Positions 9,252 through 19,529 of a DNA stretch of 64,000 bases are shown here, one piece after another. Within the stretch, counting starts at the first letter, position 1; each line of letters starts with the position of its first letter. The notes below the pieces were generated by a model. It was not told where the DNA came from. It searched no databases and worked only from the letters and a program-made list of their open reading frames with translations. The position numbers and the translations under genes are program-made. Origin of the DNA: Candidatus Latescibacterota bacterium (GTDB lineage: Bacteria; Latescibacterota; UBA2968; UBA8231); assembly GCA_965197905.1 (NCBI GenBank), contig CBDAOB010000005.1:480001-544000 (forward strand), in the 5' to 3' direction.

Positions 9252-12212
9252 ATGTTCACGCGGTTTTTTCTTGGGGGTGTACTTTGCCTATTGTGCACCC
9301 CCTTTCTTATTGTTGAATCCACCTTTGCGCAGGAATTGAGGGTTGGACTTGCAGAGGTCGAGTCCATGCGTTCGTTCCTGAAGCAGGAACGTCCTACCTA
9401 CACCAACTACAGCTTCAAGCAATACACCAACTATCCCGACCACAGCCCGCCCTACGCGGACCACCCGACGGCGTTTTACGGCTCCCTGGGGAACTATTTG
9501 ATCACCGGCTACGAATTGTGGGGATGGCGGGAGCAGCGGACGCCCGGGCGACAGTACGGTAGCAGCATTTTCCAGGACCGGCAACCGTGGGTTACGGTCT
9601 TCGACAGCATGGCGATGGCAAAGGACGGGTATGGAGGTTGGGGGTACAGCTTGTACGTTGGAGACGGTCTTCAGGCGAGGTTGAGTCCACTCACCATGTC
9701 AATGGTCGACTTCAACGGTATCCGGTTCGATATGGGCTCTTCCCGGCTGCGGGCGACGGTCATGGCTTCGCGCATTGAACGACCAAAATCGTATGTAGAG
9801 TCGATCCCTGTGTGGGCGATTGATGACGAGCACTTCGCGGACGCCAGTACCCTCCTGCTCGGGTCGCGCCTGGAGACCAACATCGGCAATCTCAATCTCG
9901 GATTGAACGGCGCCAACATTCACGTCTACCAGAGCACGCAGCCGGGGAACGGTTTGAGAGGCAGGCTCCGGCCTACCATGGATCTCATAAACTGGGTAGT
10001 CGTTCGCTTTGCGGACGATTCGCCGGAAGACGGAATAGGCGGACCGGTGGTGCAGGAGGCGGCTCTGGTGGTCGACGGCGAGCGCCGGCCCGACATAAGG
10101 CCGATCGTTGTCCGTCATGTAAAGGGAATCTCGACTCAACTCGGTACGATCTCCAGATCGTCGGGGGATTTTACCCGCACGGTGTATAATACCTTCAAAG
10201 GGTATTACCAGATTCAGCCCAACTACTACCGCGGACGCCGCGAGATTCCACTCTATGCCGATTATCTGCTGCTTGCCGACCACGAGGCGGGTATCGACGT
10301 CTCCGGAGAATCCAATCTTCCCGGCCTATTGAGGGACTTCAAATTAGAGAACCCGGACCTGCCGTTGAGGGCAGACGGCGACGAGATCCTGGTTTATATG
10401 TGGGAGATCACGGACGTGCCCCATGCCGAGTCGGTCGAGGTCGAAGCGCTGGTTGCAAACGACTACCACGTGGAAGTTGCCATCCTCGACCGACCGAACG
10501 AACGGGCGCGAAACAAGGCGGCGGCATTCAAGAGCACCTTCTACAAGACGATAACCCGGGCCCGCGACAATGTGCAGGACCTTTCCAATCTCAAGCGCAT
10601 CCGTATTCCAATTGGCGAACACACTGCACTCTTTACCTATAGCGCCGATATGAACTTCAACCTGGCCGGATTGGAGGTCAATGGGGAGCTTGCTCGGTCC
10701 TCCCTTTACTCCAGGTTTCCGGCGCAAGACAACGGCGCCAAGATCTACGACGAGGGCAAACGTACGGTGGACCACGGCTCCGCGTACTTTGTCAACGCCA
10801 CCCGCTGGTTCGGTCGTTTGAAATTTGGCGCTGAGTATTTCAGGATGAACCCGGATTTCAACACGACCCTGCGTACCTTCGTGCCGTTCGAACTCGGGCT
10901 CACGGAAAGCAACCTCGCTGGTCTTGCCAACAGCACGGTCTACTGGGATCTGGTAGAGGACAACGACGACGGCGATCGGTACCCCGACTTTAGAATCGGC
11001 AATCTTCAAGGATTGCCCAACGATCGGCGCGATTTCGATGTCGACGGAGTATTCCCCGGACAAGACGAGGACGCGGACGGATTTCCCGACACCAACAGAA
11101 ATGGGAACGGCACTCCGGATTACGAAGAACCGTTTCTCATGTACGACGTTGAGCCGATCGAATACGTTTACGGGCTCGACCGGAACAACAACGACGAACC
11201 TGACAAGCGCGAGGACGACTTCGACTTCGATTATCCGTACGACAAGGATCAAGGCGGCATTCACATCTTCAGCCAGTTGGGGCTTACGCGCAACTGGTCG
11301 GCGGCGATCGGCCGTTACTCGGTCGAACAGATCGCCGGCAACGGCCAGAATCGTTCCACCTACATGCTGCTCAACTATACCCAGCAAGGGATCTTTCGGC
11401 TGAAACGAGTTTTCTTCGAGAACAACTTTCGCCGAGTCGAGGATACCGTCGTTGATGAATATACCTTCCTTGACGAAACCCCGGGGCGTGGCTTGATATT
11501 CGGCTATCGCGGCTTCGAGCGCGCACCTGCCGGCGACTCGGGTATTCCCATTTTCACGATCCGGGTTGCCCCAGATCCCCTTTCATATCAGGACAGCTAC
11601 GTCAACGAAACCGTGCTGGAGGGCAAGCTGAACCCCCGGTCTACCCTTTTTATCGAACAGAAGGTCCGCCTTCGGATCAACTGGCAGCAGGAACGGGAAA
11701 CGGTTTTCGGATTCAAACAGCGGGATCGAAGGCTGGACCTCTGGACGTGGGTGAGCAAGATCGAAAACAGTTGGAATATCCACGGTGTGCGAATCATGCC
11801 CCAATACAAGTACCTATTGCTCCGTTTCGAGGATCAAGATGCGGATCGCAAGCCGGGCGGAGGATATTCGAGCCGAGTGCTGCGCGACGAGACCCGTTCC
11901 ATCCCGATTGTTCGCCTGGAGCTTCCAATAATGCACCGGACCAAACTGCAGGCCGGATTTCAAGGGTTTGGACCGCTTGCCTACCGAGTCAAGGACGACG
12001 TTCGTGGGTCGCGAAGTTATAAGGAACGCAACGCGTTCGTGAACCTGATCAATCGTTCCCGCTATTTCGGATATGATCTCTACACCGTCGTCGGCCTCTC
12101 CAAGAACCGCAGAAAGTACGATGATCCGGTTCGCGTGGCGGATGGTTTCGACACGATGGCGTTCTTCATTCGAACCTTGGTCGGTTTTACGGAATACGGA
12201 CGCCCCCTGTAA
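9252..12212 (+). CDS. Family A secreted protein (986 aa)
   Basis: Signal peptide ending AQE; same Asp-rich block at ~10953-11243; ends FFIRTLVGFTEYGRPL. Confidence 0.85.
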   Translation: MFTRFFLGGVLCLLCTPFLIVESTFAQELRVGLAEVESMRSFLKQERPTYTNYSFKQYTNYPDHSPPYADHPTAFYGSLGNYLITGYELWGWREQRTPGRQYGSSIFQDRQPWVTVFDSMAMAKDGYGGWGYSLYVGDGLQARLSPLTMSMVDFNGIRFDMGSSRLRATVMASRIERPKSYVESIPVWAIDDEHFADASTLLLGSRLETNIGNLNLGLNGANIHVYQSTQPGNGLRGRLRPTMDLINWVVVRFADDSPEDGIGGPVVQEAALVVDGERRPDIRPIVVRHVKGISTQLGTISRSSGDFTRTVYNTFKGYYQIQPNYYRGRREIPLYADYLLLADHEAGIDVSGESNLPGLLRDFKLENPDLPLRADGDEILVYMWEITDVPHAESVEVEALVANDYHVEVAILDRPNERARNKAAAFKSTFYKTITRARDNVQDLSNLKRIRIPIGEHTALFTYSADMNFNLAGLEVNGELARSSLYSRFPAQDNGAKIYDEGKRTVDHGSAYFVNATRWFGRLKFGAEYFRMNPDFNTTLRTFVPFELGLTESNLAGLANSTVYWDLVEDNDDGDRYPDFRIGNLQGLPNDRRDFDVDGVFPGQDEDADGFPDTNRNGNGTPDYEEPFLMYDVEPIEYVYGLDRNNNDEPDKREDDFDFDYPYDKDQGGIHIFSQLGLTRNWSAAIGRYSVEQIAGNGQNRSTYMLLNYTQQGIFRLKRVFFENNFRRVEDTVVDEYTFLDETPGRGLIFGYRGFERAPAGDSGIPIFTIRVAPDPLSYQDSYVNETVLEGKLNPRSTLFIEQKVRLRINWQQERETVFGFKQRDRRLDLWTWVSKIENSWNIHGVRIMPQYKYLLLRFEDQDADRKPGGGYSSRVLRDETRSIPIVRLELPIMHRTKLQAGFQGFGPLAYRVKDDVRGSRSYKERNAFVNLINRSRYFGYDLYTVVGLSKNRRKYDDPVRVADGFDTMAFFIRTLVGFTEYGRPL

Positions 12213-12302
12213 GCTCTCGTCCGACACTCGTGAGAGTGCGGAGATAGAGCTATTTGCATTGGAGGTTGCGAGTCCCAATCCACCAAGAGACACCAGATCC
12301 GT

Positions 12303-12330
12303 CCAGAGCAGAGTTGCTCTGGTTTTTTTT
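12303..12330 (+). terminator. Intrinsic (Rho-independent) terminator
   Basis: CCAGAGCA-GAGT-TGCTCTGG 8-bp stem followed by T8. Confidence 0.75.
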
Positions 12331-12343
12331 AAGGGAATAGTAC

Positions 12344-13858
12344 GTGATACACTTCTTTGACGACCAACCCCTCCACTCCATGCAAAGTATCGACAAGGTG
12401 CCCGGTCCTGTCGAAAAGCTGGGGATCGTGCTTAAACCGGATCTGCCGTCCGATGGTCAGCGGGTGATGAGCTTTGCCAGCTCGATGGTGCGGCTCCAGT
12501 CTGGAGCATGGAGACTCTACTACACGGTTTCCACCACGTCCACCATGCGCATCGCGGTGGCCGAGTCGGCGGATGGCTTGCAGTGGGACAAACCGTCTCT
12601 GGGACAGGAACAATTCGAGGGGAAGGATTGCAATCTGTTGGCGATCCAGGGTCTCCCCACCGGAGTGAATAGATACGGGCAGCCGCAGGTTTTTCAACTC
12701 GATGACTCGAACTGGCGCATGTATTTCTGGGTCAACAATCGGCCCTTCCTGCGCTACACGGTGGCCGTCAGCGCCGACGGCCTGAGCTGGGAGGTGCCCG
12801 ATTTCGAGAAGCCCGTGATTTACCATCCGATAGAGTTGGGTTCCTGGATTTGGACGGCAGGGGTGCAGCCCCCCGTAGACGCGAGCTCCAGCGGCCCAGA
12901 CGTGAAGGCGCTGGAGAACTTTGTGCCCGGCTCCAAGGAGGCGAAGTGGGGGCGCATGTTGGCCATCAGCACGGTAGAGGAATTGCTGCATTACAAACGC
13001 ATGCGGGCCAACGACGCGGCGTATGTCTTTCGCGATCCCGACAGTGGGCACTTCGAGTTCTATGCGCCGTGGCCTATGTGCAATGCCGAGGGAAGCTGGC
13101 GGCGGGCGGAACACGACAATGCTCCGTTCATGCTGCGATCGATCTCTCGCCGTACCAGCGTCGACGGTTTGTTGTGGTCGGACGCGGAATTGCTGATTAC
13201 CCCCGATGATGAGGACCGGCCGGACCAGCAGTTCTACTATTTGGCAGTCCACCGCCAGGACGACTGGCGTATCGGCATGATGGGCAGTTACCCGGTGCAC
13301 GACCAGACCATGGATATCGAACTGTGCTTCAGCCGCGACGGACGCCGGTGGGAGCGGCCGGTTCGGACACCCTGGGTCCCCCGGGAGGAACCTCACGAAC
13401 GCGGCATGTTACACGCCCCGAATCGTCTGTTGGACGATGGTGACAACTGGCTCCTGCTTTATTCGGCAAGTCCGCTTCGTCACAATGAAGGCCGCAACGA
13501 CCCCGCCGCCAACCGATCTTCTTACATCTGCGCCGCGAGGTTTCCCAGGAACCGCTTTCTCGGATTGCGTTCCCGGGGTGATGGCATTGCTATGCTGTGG
13601 ACGCGGCCTTTTGTGATGGGTGGCACCCAGCTCTGCATCGATGCCAAGATCGACGGCTGGCTTCGCGCCGAGCTGTGCGATCCGTTTGGGGTGCCGATCG
13701 AAGGGTTTACCAAGGGACGATCGACGGCTGTTTCCGGCGATCGCGTCGATCACACGCTCGGTTGGGAAGGAGTTTCAACCGAGAACTACACCTACAACGC
13801 CGTGAGTTTGAGGCTGGAATACGAACGCGGCGAGATCTACAACATTCACTGGCGGTAG
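12344..13858 (+). CDS. Five-bladed beta-propeller glycoside-hydrolase-like protein (GH32/43/130 fold) with C-terminal beta-sandwich
   Basis: Repeated S.DG..W Asp-box motifs, WRLYY, AESADGLQWDKP.LG; paralog of 13870 and 28304; no signal peptide. Confidence 0.7.
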   Translation: MIHFFDDQPLHSMQSIDKVPGPVEKLGIVLKPDLPSDGQRVMSFASSMVRLQSGAWRLYYTVSTTSTMRIAVAESADGLQWDKPSLGQEQFEGKDCNLLAIQGLPTGVNRYGQPQVFQLDDSNWRMYFWVNNRPFLRYTVAVSADGLSWEVPDFEKPVIYHPIELGSWIWTAGVQPPVDASSSGPDVKALENFVPGSKEAKWGRMLAISTVEELLHYKRMRANDAAYVFRDPDSGHFEFYAPWPMCNAEGSWRRAEHDNAPFMLRSISRRTSVDGLLWSDAELLITPDDEDRPDQQFYYLAVHRQDDWRIGMMGSYPVHDQTMDIELCFSRDGRRWERPVRTPWVPREEPHERGMLHAPNRLLDDGDNWLLLYSASPLRHNEGRNDPAANRSSYICAARFPRNRFLGLRSRGDGIAMLWTRPFVMGGTQLCIDAKIDGWLRAELCDPFGVPIEGFTKGRSTAVSGDRVDHTLGWEGVSTENYTYNAVSLRLEYERGEIYNIHWR

Positions 13859-13869
13859 TGGAGATCGAG

Positions 13870-15366
13870 ATGGCGACCGCCAATGTGTACCCGTTTCTGG
13901 ATTGGATAGACGTCTGGCCCGGGCAAGCGGGTTGCGACGACAGCGGACACACCTTCTATCAGGATGCTGCCCACGGTGTGGAACTCCAGGTGCAGGAAGC
14001 GGCCAAGTCACCGGTATTCCTTTCGCGGGAAGAGCCGTGGGAGCGGATGCGCCTGAATCACGCCATCGTTCGCCGCGATGAAAACCGTTACCGCATGTGG
14101 TACTCGGCGATGGCCTCGAACGATCCGACGGAAAATTTCATCTGTTATGCCGAAAGCGCCGACGGTTTCAACTGGGAGCGACCGGAGCTGGAACTCTACG
14201 AATTTCAAGGATCAAGAGCGAACAACATCCTTTTCGACCACTCGTTTTTCGGCTGCCATTCGATTCTCGTAGATGAGTCGGCGCCGGCGGAGGAGCGCTA
14301 CAAATCGATCGACGGACACCTGCAGCTCTACAAGAAGGGGAAGAGGGTCCCCAGCACTCGGCAGAACAAGCTCGAGATCCGGGAAATCCGCAAAGCGATG
14401 GATGTCCAGGGCTACAAACCGAAAGAGATCGAAGCGGAAGCAGATACCCGCTGGGTAGTCCGCGGAGCAGTGTCGGCCGACGGCCTGCGTTGGAAGCTTC
14501 TGGAGAAACCGCTGGTACAAGTACCGCCCGCTCTCGATACGCAGAATGTCCTCGCCTTCGACGAGGCGGCGGGCGAATATATGGTATACCTCCGGGGCAG
14601 CTTGGAGCGCCGGCGCTCGCTACGCCGTACCGGAGGATCCGAATTCGACAACTGGCCCCAGCCGCGTCTGGTGTTTACGCCGGATCCCCAGGATCCCGTA
14701 AGTGACTCCATCTACAACTCGGCCTACTGCCGCTGTCTGAGCAGCGGACGCCACCTCATGTTTCCGTCCATGTATCATCAGGTTGCCGCGACCACAGACA
14801 TCCAGCTGGCCAGCAGCTGGGACGGCTGGAATTGGACTCGCCCGGAGCGACGCCCGATCATCACCCGCGAAACCGACGAAGGGGAATACAGCTGTATCTA
14901 CGCATCTCCGTGCATCCTCGAGCTGGAGGACGGCTGGGGAGTACCATACCACGGCAACTTCCACCTTCACGACTGGGCTGGATGGCCCGATGCAGAGGTC
15001 TGCGATGGCGAGTTCCGGTGGGCCCGGTGGCAGCCGGATCGTCTGTGCGCCCTCCGAGCCCGGGAGCATGGCTGTTTTACTACGGTAGAGCGGGAATGCC
15101 AGGGCGATCGGCTGCGACTGAATTTCAAATCCGAACCGGGCGGCTGGGTCCGCGCCGCCCTTGTGCAGCGACGACCCGGTACCCCTCCCACGCCGGTACC
15201 GGAGCTGGAGGGTTTCGAGCTTGCTTCCTGCGATCTGCTTTCCGGTGACGAGCTGGCGCAGGAGGTAACCTGGAAAGGGAAGGGCGATCTCGGTTCCCTC
15301 GCCAATCGGCCGTTATCGCTGCGCATCGAAATGGCCAAGACGACGCTGTTTTCCGTCTCCATATAG
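13870..15366 (+). CDS. Five-bladed beta-propeller glycoside-hydrolase-like protein
   Basis: Start moved to the ATG at 13870 (GGAG RBS; MATANVYPFLDW aligns with MGNTYFFLDW of 28304); YRMWY, CYAESADGFNWERP, LDTQN and SWDGWNW motifs. Confidence 0.7.
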   Translation: MATANVYPFLDWIDVWPGQAGCDDSGHTFYQDAAHGVELQVQEAAKSPVFLSREEPWERMRLNHAIVRRDENRYRMWYSAMASNDPTENFICYAESADGFNWERPELELYEFQGSRANNILFDHSFFGCHSILVDESAPAEERYKSIDGHLQLYKKGKRVPSTRQNKLEIREIRKAMDVQGYKPKEIEAEADTRWVVRGAVSADGLRWKLLEKPLVQVPPALDTQNVLAFDEAAGEYMVYLRGSLERRRSLRRTGGSEFDNWPQPRLVFTPDPQDPVSDSIYNSAYCRCLSSGRHLMFPSMYHQVAATTDIQLASSWDGWNWTRPERRPIITRETDEGEYSCIYASPCILELEDGWGVPYHGNFHLHDWAGWPDAEVCDGEFRWARWQPDRLCALRAREHGCFTTVERECQGDRLRLNFKSEPGGWVRAALVQRRPGTPPTPVPELEGFELASCDLLSGDELAQEVTWKGKGDLGSLANRPLSLRIEMAKTTLFSVSI

Positions 15367-15383
15367 CTCTCTGACTTGATCAG

Positions 15384-17360
15384 ATGAAAAACTCTGCTGC
15401 CACCGTGTTGCAACCCGACGTTTCGCTGCCGGATCTGCGTCTTGCCGAAGTGCGCCATACGAAGTCACCGTGGACTTTGCGCTCCTATGCTAGCAGAGAG
15501 ATCTGGGAATCCAGGGCGTCGCAGATCCGCGAGCACATCCTGGTCACCTCCGGACTCTGGCCGCTGCCCCAGCGCACAAGACTCAACGCCCGACTGTTTG
15601 AACCTGCGCAGCGAGACGGGTACTCCATCGAGAAGGTGTACTTCGAGAGTTTCCCCGGGTTCCTGGTATGCGGAAACCTCTACCGTCCGCTTCGCGGCGG
15701 GCTTGCCCCGGCGGTTTTGTGTCCTCATGGTCACTGGAAGCGGGGGCGATTGGAGCATTCGGAAGCGGGTTCGGTCCCTGGTCGCTGTATCAACCTTGCG
15801 CGGCAAGGGCACGTAGCTTTCTCCTATGACATGATCGGCTACAACGACAGCGATCAGATCCGGCACCGGGACCTCGCCGGCCCCCGCGGATCTCTCTGGG
15901 GCATTGGTCTTCTCGGACTGCAGCTCTGGAACAGCATTCGGGCGCTCGACTTTCTCAGCTCCCTTCCAGGCGTGGACAAGAACCGGGTCGGCTGCACCGG
16001 CGCTTCGGGGGGAGGCAGTCAATCCTTTCTCCTGGCCGCCGTCGATGACCGGGTTGCCGCTGCGGCGCCGGCCGTTATGGTGGCAGCCGACTTTCAGGGA
16101 GGATGTGTCTGCGAGAACCAGGGGCATCTACGCCTCGACATCAACAACGTCGAAATCGCCGCGACCATGGCTCCAAAACCCCTCCTATTGGTGGCGGCGA
16201 GCGGCGACTGGACCGTCCACACCATGGAGGTTGAATACCCGGCGATCCGCGAGATCTATCGACTCTACGGGGCGGAGGATCGGGTCCGTGCCGCGATCGT
16301 TGACGCACCCCATAACTTCAATCGAGAAAGTAGAGAGGTGGTCTACGGTTTCTTCAGCAGGTGGTTCCTTAAGCAGAACGGCAGGGTCCGGGAACGGCGA
16401 TTTACCGTCGACGCCGATGAAGAGCTCCGGGTTTTCAGCAGACGATCGAAACCACGCCGGTTACTAAACGAGAGAGGTGTGACAGATTCGCTGATACGCC
16501 GCTCCCATCGCAGTCGGCCCGCGCTGCACGCCGACCGCCCATCGACGCTGCGCGGGTTTAGAGCCTCGGCGAAACCTGGATTGAGCCACGCCCTCGGGGT
16601 CCGCTGTCCGCTGCCAGAGGACCTGTTCCTCAAGGAGATGGGGCGGGAACGTGGCAAAGCCCACACCGCGCAACGCAAGCTTCTCGGACGCAGGGAATCG
16701 GGTGAGCGCGTGCCCGCGATTTTCTACGGGCCTTTGGGGTGCGGCAGACGCGCGCGGGCGGCATTGGTGGTTCACCCCGAAGGGAAAGCAGCCCTGGTCG
16801 ATGCGCGGGGCCGTCCGAAGAAGGAGATTGCGGACCTGCTGAGCGCCGGGATCTGTGCGCTCACCATCGATCCGTTTCTCACGGGCGAGTCAGCGCCGGC
16901 TCCGACCCAAGACGGCGGCGCCTACGTGACGACCTACAATCAGACCTGCGCGGCCCGCAGGGTGCAGGACATCATCACCTCCCTGGCATATCTCAAGAGC
17001 CGGACCGATGTGGGATCCGTTCATCTCGTCGGCCTCGGCGACGCCGGGTTGTGGTGTCTGATGGCACGTGTTTTCTTCAAGGAGGCGGTGCGGACCGCCA
17101 TCGATTTCAATCGCTTCGACGTGGACGACGACGAGAGCTGGTGCTCCCGGTTCTTCGTACCGGCGCTACGCAGTTCGGGGGATGTTCGGTCTGCGCTGAG
17201 CCTGATAGCGCCCGGACAATTGCTCATTCACAACGCCGGGCCCTTCTTCCCCAGGCGGTGGGCGCGCACTGCCTACCGGGCGGCTGGGAGCTCAACCGCG
17301 CTGAAACTCGAAACGGGGCGGCTAAAATGGAGCACGGTAAAGACATGGCTGACAGGATGA
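15384..17360 (+). CDS. Two-domain alpha/beta-hydrolase, acetyl-xylan-esterase-like
   Basis: VEKVYFES.PG..V.GNLY.P-type N-terminus, PHGHW, nucleophile elbow GCTGASGGG, His in APHNF; the second hydrolase-like domain lacks the catalytic Ser (VGLGDAG). Confidence 0.8.
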   Translation: MKNSAATVLQPDVSLPDLRLAEVRHTKSPWTLRSYASREIWESRASQIREHILVTSGLWPLPQRTRLNARLFEPAQRDGYSIEKVYFESFPGFLVCGNLYRPLRGGLAPAVLCPHGHWKRGRLEHSEAGSVPGRCINLARQGHVAFSYDMIGYNDSDQIRHRDLAGPRGSLWGIGLLGLQLWNSIRALDFLSSLPGVDKNRVGCTGASGGGSQSFLLAAVDDRVAAAAPAVMVAADFQGGCVCENQGHLRLDINNVEIAATMAPKPLLLVAASGDWTVHTMEVEYPAIREIYRLYGAEDRVRAAIVDAPHNFNRESREVVYGFFSRWFLKQNGRVRERRFTVDADEELRVFSRRSKPRRLLNERGVTDSLIRRSHRSRPALHADRPSTLRGFRASAKPGLSHALGVRCPLPEDLFLKEMGRERGKAHTAQRKLLGRRESGERVPAIFYGPLGCGRRARAALVVHPEGKAALVDARGRPKKEIADLLSAGICALTIDPFLTGESAPAPTQDGGAYVTTYNQTCAARRVQDIITSLAYLKSRTDVGSVHLVGLGDAGLWCLMARVFFKEAVRTAIDFNRFDVDDDESWCSRFFVPALRSSGDVRSALSLIAPGQLLIHNAGPFFPRRWARTAYRAAGSSTALKLETGRLKWSTVKTWLTG

Positions 17361-18910
17361 GAACGGGCAACGTCAATCCGGGGTTTCTTCGCCGTGTAAG
17401 GGTGCTGGTGGGCCTTCTACTCTGCCTCCGGGGCCGAGACGTTTCCTCTGCTCGGCAATTGATGAACACCCGGTTTGCGGGAGTTGGCCTGCCGCGCCGC
17501 TTTCTCAAGCTGCTGGCCTGGGCGTTCGATGTGATGTGGCGCGAGATCCCCGAGGCAATGCACTTGATCAGTCTCGATAAGGAGCTGTCCACTACGCCGT
17601 ACTGGCTAACCGCTCCGAATCCGCTGGAAAACCACCCCTGGGAATCGGATGCCCAAGCGAAGCTTCCCGAGACCGCGGAGGTCGTTGTGGTTGGTGCCGG
17701 TTTCGGTGGCGCTTCGGTGGCCTACCACTGGTCGAAACACGGGTCGCAACCGCTGGTGGTCCTGGAGCGGAACGAAGCGGCCAGCGGCGCCGCTGGCCGC
17801 AACGGCGGCATTGTGGTGATGGCCGGGGGAAACTACCACGGTTATTACGTTCACGATCCAGTTTTCAATTACATGTCGCAGAAATTTCCTGAACTGTCAG
17901 AGACCGAACGGAAGCAGCGGGCGACAGACTTCGTGGCGGTCTACGTCGACGCGGTCCAGGCCAGTCACGAGATGATCAAACGGACCTTGGCGGAAGAGGG
18001 GATAAACTGTGATTACGAGCAGCGAGGGTGGGTGTTTTTCGCAGACGACGTTACGCACGAGAAACTGGAAACATCTCTGCAGATGGGAGATCGTCTCGAT
18101 CACTCCGATTGGGTACGACGCTCGCCCGCGGAGATCGCCAGCCGCTGCGGCGCCTCTACGGAACTGACCGGAGCCGAATCCGTCGGAAGCGCCACCTGGC
18201 ACCCGGCAAAGTGGGTTTGGGGTTTGCTGCAGAAAGCGATCGAGAAACCCAGTGTCGAACTCTTCACCCGGACCACCGTAACTGCTGTTGAACGGGATGG
18301 GGACAGCTACGTGGTGAAGACCGATCGCGGATCTATACGCGCCCGTCACGTCGTCAACGCGACCGAGTCGCACACCTGCTCAGTCTTTGCGAACTTCACC
18401 AGGGGCATTCCAAACCTGGTTACGCCTCACAAAGAGCAGGGGATGCATGCCAGCGGCGGACCGCCTACCTTGGCGCAGCAGGTGGGGATCAGTGGTCCCC
18501 TGGGTTGGTACACCCGAGTCGCGGCGGGTGGCATGGTTTTCGGGTCCGACCACACGCCGGTCGGCCAGCATCAGGCGGGCATGAACAGTCCTTCACGCTT
18601 CATCACGTTATACAGGGCGGCTGCCTTTGGGGAGAACTGGACACCGGAACCGTTGCGGGTTACCCACGAATGGACCGGAACTACCTCCACCACCCCTGAC
18701 AAATTTCCGATCGTCGGTTTGCTGGACGATCACGGATTGTACATGATCGGTGGGTTTGCCGGTGCCGGCTCAGCGGTCTCGTTCAATGCCGGCAACACGA
18801 TTGTGGAGCGGATCCTGGGCAAGCGAAGTGATCCGGAGTACCATCCTGAGGAGTTCTTTTCAGTGGAGCGTTTCCGGGACAGCGCGCACTACGGCCGCCG
18901 AAGCGATTAG
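17357..18910 (+). CDS. FAD-dependent oxidoreductase (DAO/DadA/PuuB family)
   Basis: VVVVGAGFGG dinucleotide motif, LERNEAASGAAGRNGG, WTG....TPD.FPIVG; ATGA overlap with the upstream stop. True start could be a later ATG (e.g. 17462 or 17558). Confidence 0.8.
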   Translation: MRTGNVNPGFLRRVRVLVGLLLCLRGRDVSSARQLMNTRFAGVGLPRRFLKLLAWAFDVMWREIPEAMHLISLDKELSTTPYWLTAPNPLENHPWESDAQAKLPETAEVVVVGAGFGGASVAYHWSKHGSQPLVVLERNEAASGAAGRNGGIVVMAGGNYHGYYVHDPVFNYMSQKFPELSETERKQRATDFVAVYVDAVQASHEMIKRTLAEEGINCDYEQRGWVFFADDVTHEKLETSLQMGDRLDHSDWVRRSPAEIASRCGASTELTGAESVGSATWHPAKWVWGLLQKAIEKPSVELFTRTTVTAVERDGDSYVVKTDRGSIRARHVVNATESHTCSVFANFTRGIPNLVTPHKEQGMHASGGPPTLAQQVGISGPLGWYTRVAAGGMVFGSDHTPVGQHQAGMNSPSRFITLYRAAAFGENWTPEPLRVTHEWTGTTSTTPDKFPIVGLLDDHGLYMIGGFAGAGSAVSFNAGNTIVERILGKRSDPEYHPEEFFSVERFRDSAHYGRRSD

Positions 18911-18995
18911 CAGGCTGCGTAGGCGCGACGTCGTGACGGACAAAGGTTCGGTAGGATCGCGTGCCGCTGGCTGAAAAACCGTACGAGGAGATACG

Positions 18996-19520
18996 ATGTC
19001 GAAACCGAAGGTGTATCTGAGCTGTCCTCTTCAACCGGAGGTCCGGGAGCTGCTCGCCGAAACCACCGAAGTCGCTTACTAGCCCGAATGGACCCCGGTG
19101 CCGCAGGATATATTGAAGAAGGAATGTGCCGACGCCAGCGGATTGATGATCCAGGTATTCAACACAGTGGATGCCGCACTGTTGGAATCGTCATCAGACA
19201 TGAAGGTCGTCTCCATCGTCGGCAGTGGCACGGAATGCGTCGACATCGAGACAGCGACCCGCAAGGGCATTCCGGTGGGCAATACACCCGGGGCGGCCAG
19301 CAAGGGCACGGCGGACATGGCGATGGCACTGCTTCTGGCCGGAGCTCGTCGCATCGCCGAGATCGACAGGTGGACCCGCGCCGGAAATTGGGAACACGAC
19401 CTTTCCACCATGGATCTGGTGGGGCAGGAGGTGCACGAAAGCACGCTGGGAATCGTGGGTTTGGGAAAGATCGGTGCGGAGATGGCGAAGCGGGCAAAGG
19501 GGTTGGACAGTTGGCGTTGA
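18996..19520 (+). pseudogene. Truncated D-2-hydroxyacid dehydrogenase (glyoxylate-reductase-like)
   Basis: GAGGAG RBS, then MSKPKVY...; in-frame TAG at 19080-19082; GIPVGNTPG..TADMAMALLLA.ARR; ends just after the GIVGLGKIG Rossmann motif. Confidence 0.8.
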
Positions 19521-19529
19521 GCAGTTCGG

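Noticed and set aside
12261..12285. GGTTGCGAGTCCCAATCCACCA resembling a tRNA/tmRNA T-arm and CCA end (possible att site)
   Set aside because: No canonical TTCRA loop, no cloverleaf, and no integrase or second copy seen; kept only as part of the structured-RNA finding.
13597..13869. 5' extensions in the ORF track (13597, 7839, 16739, 30143, 36637, 53534, 54567, 59648)
   Set aside because: Most overlap upstream genes or remnants out of frame; downstream starts have an RBS, translational coupling or paralog support.
19080..19082. In-frame TAG as possible pyrrolysine or stop-codon recoding
   Set aside because: The gene is also 3'-truncated, TAG terminates several intact genes here (13858, 15366, 18910, 28264, 41551), and no pyl genes are present.
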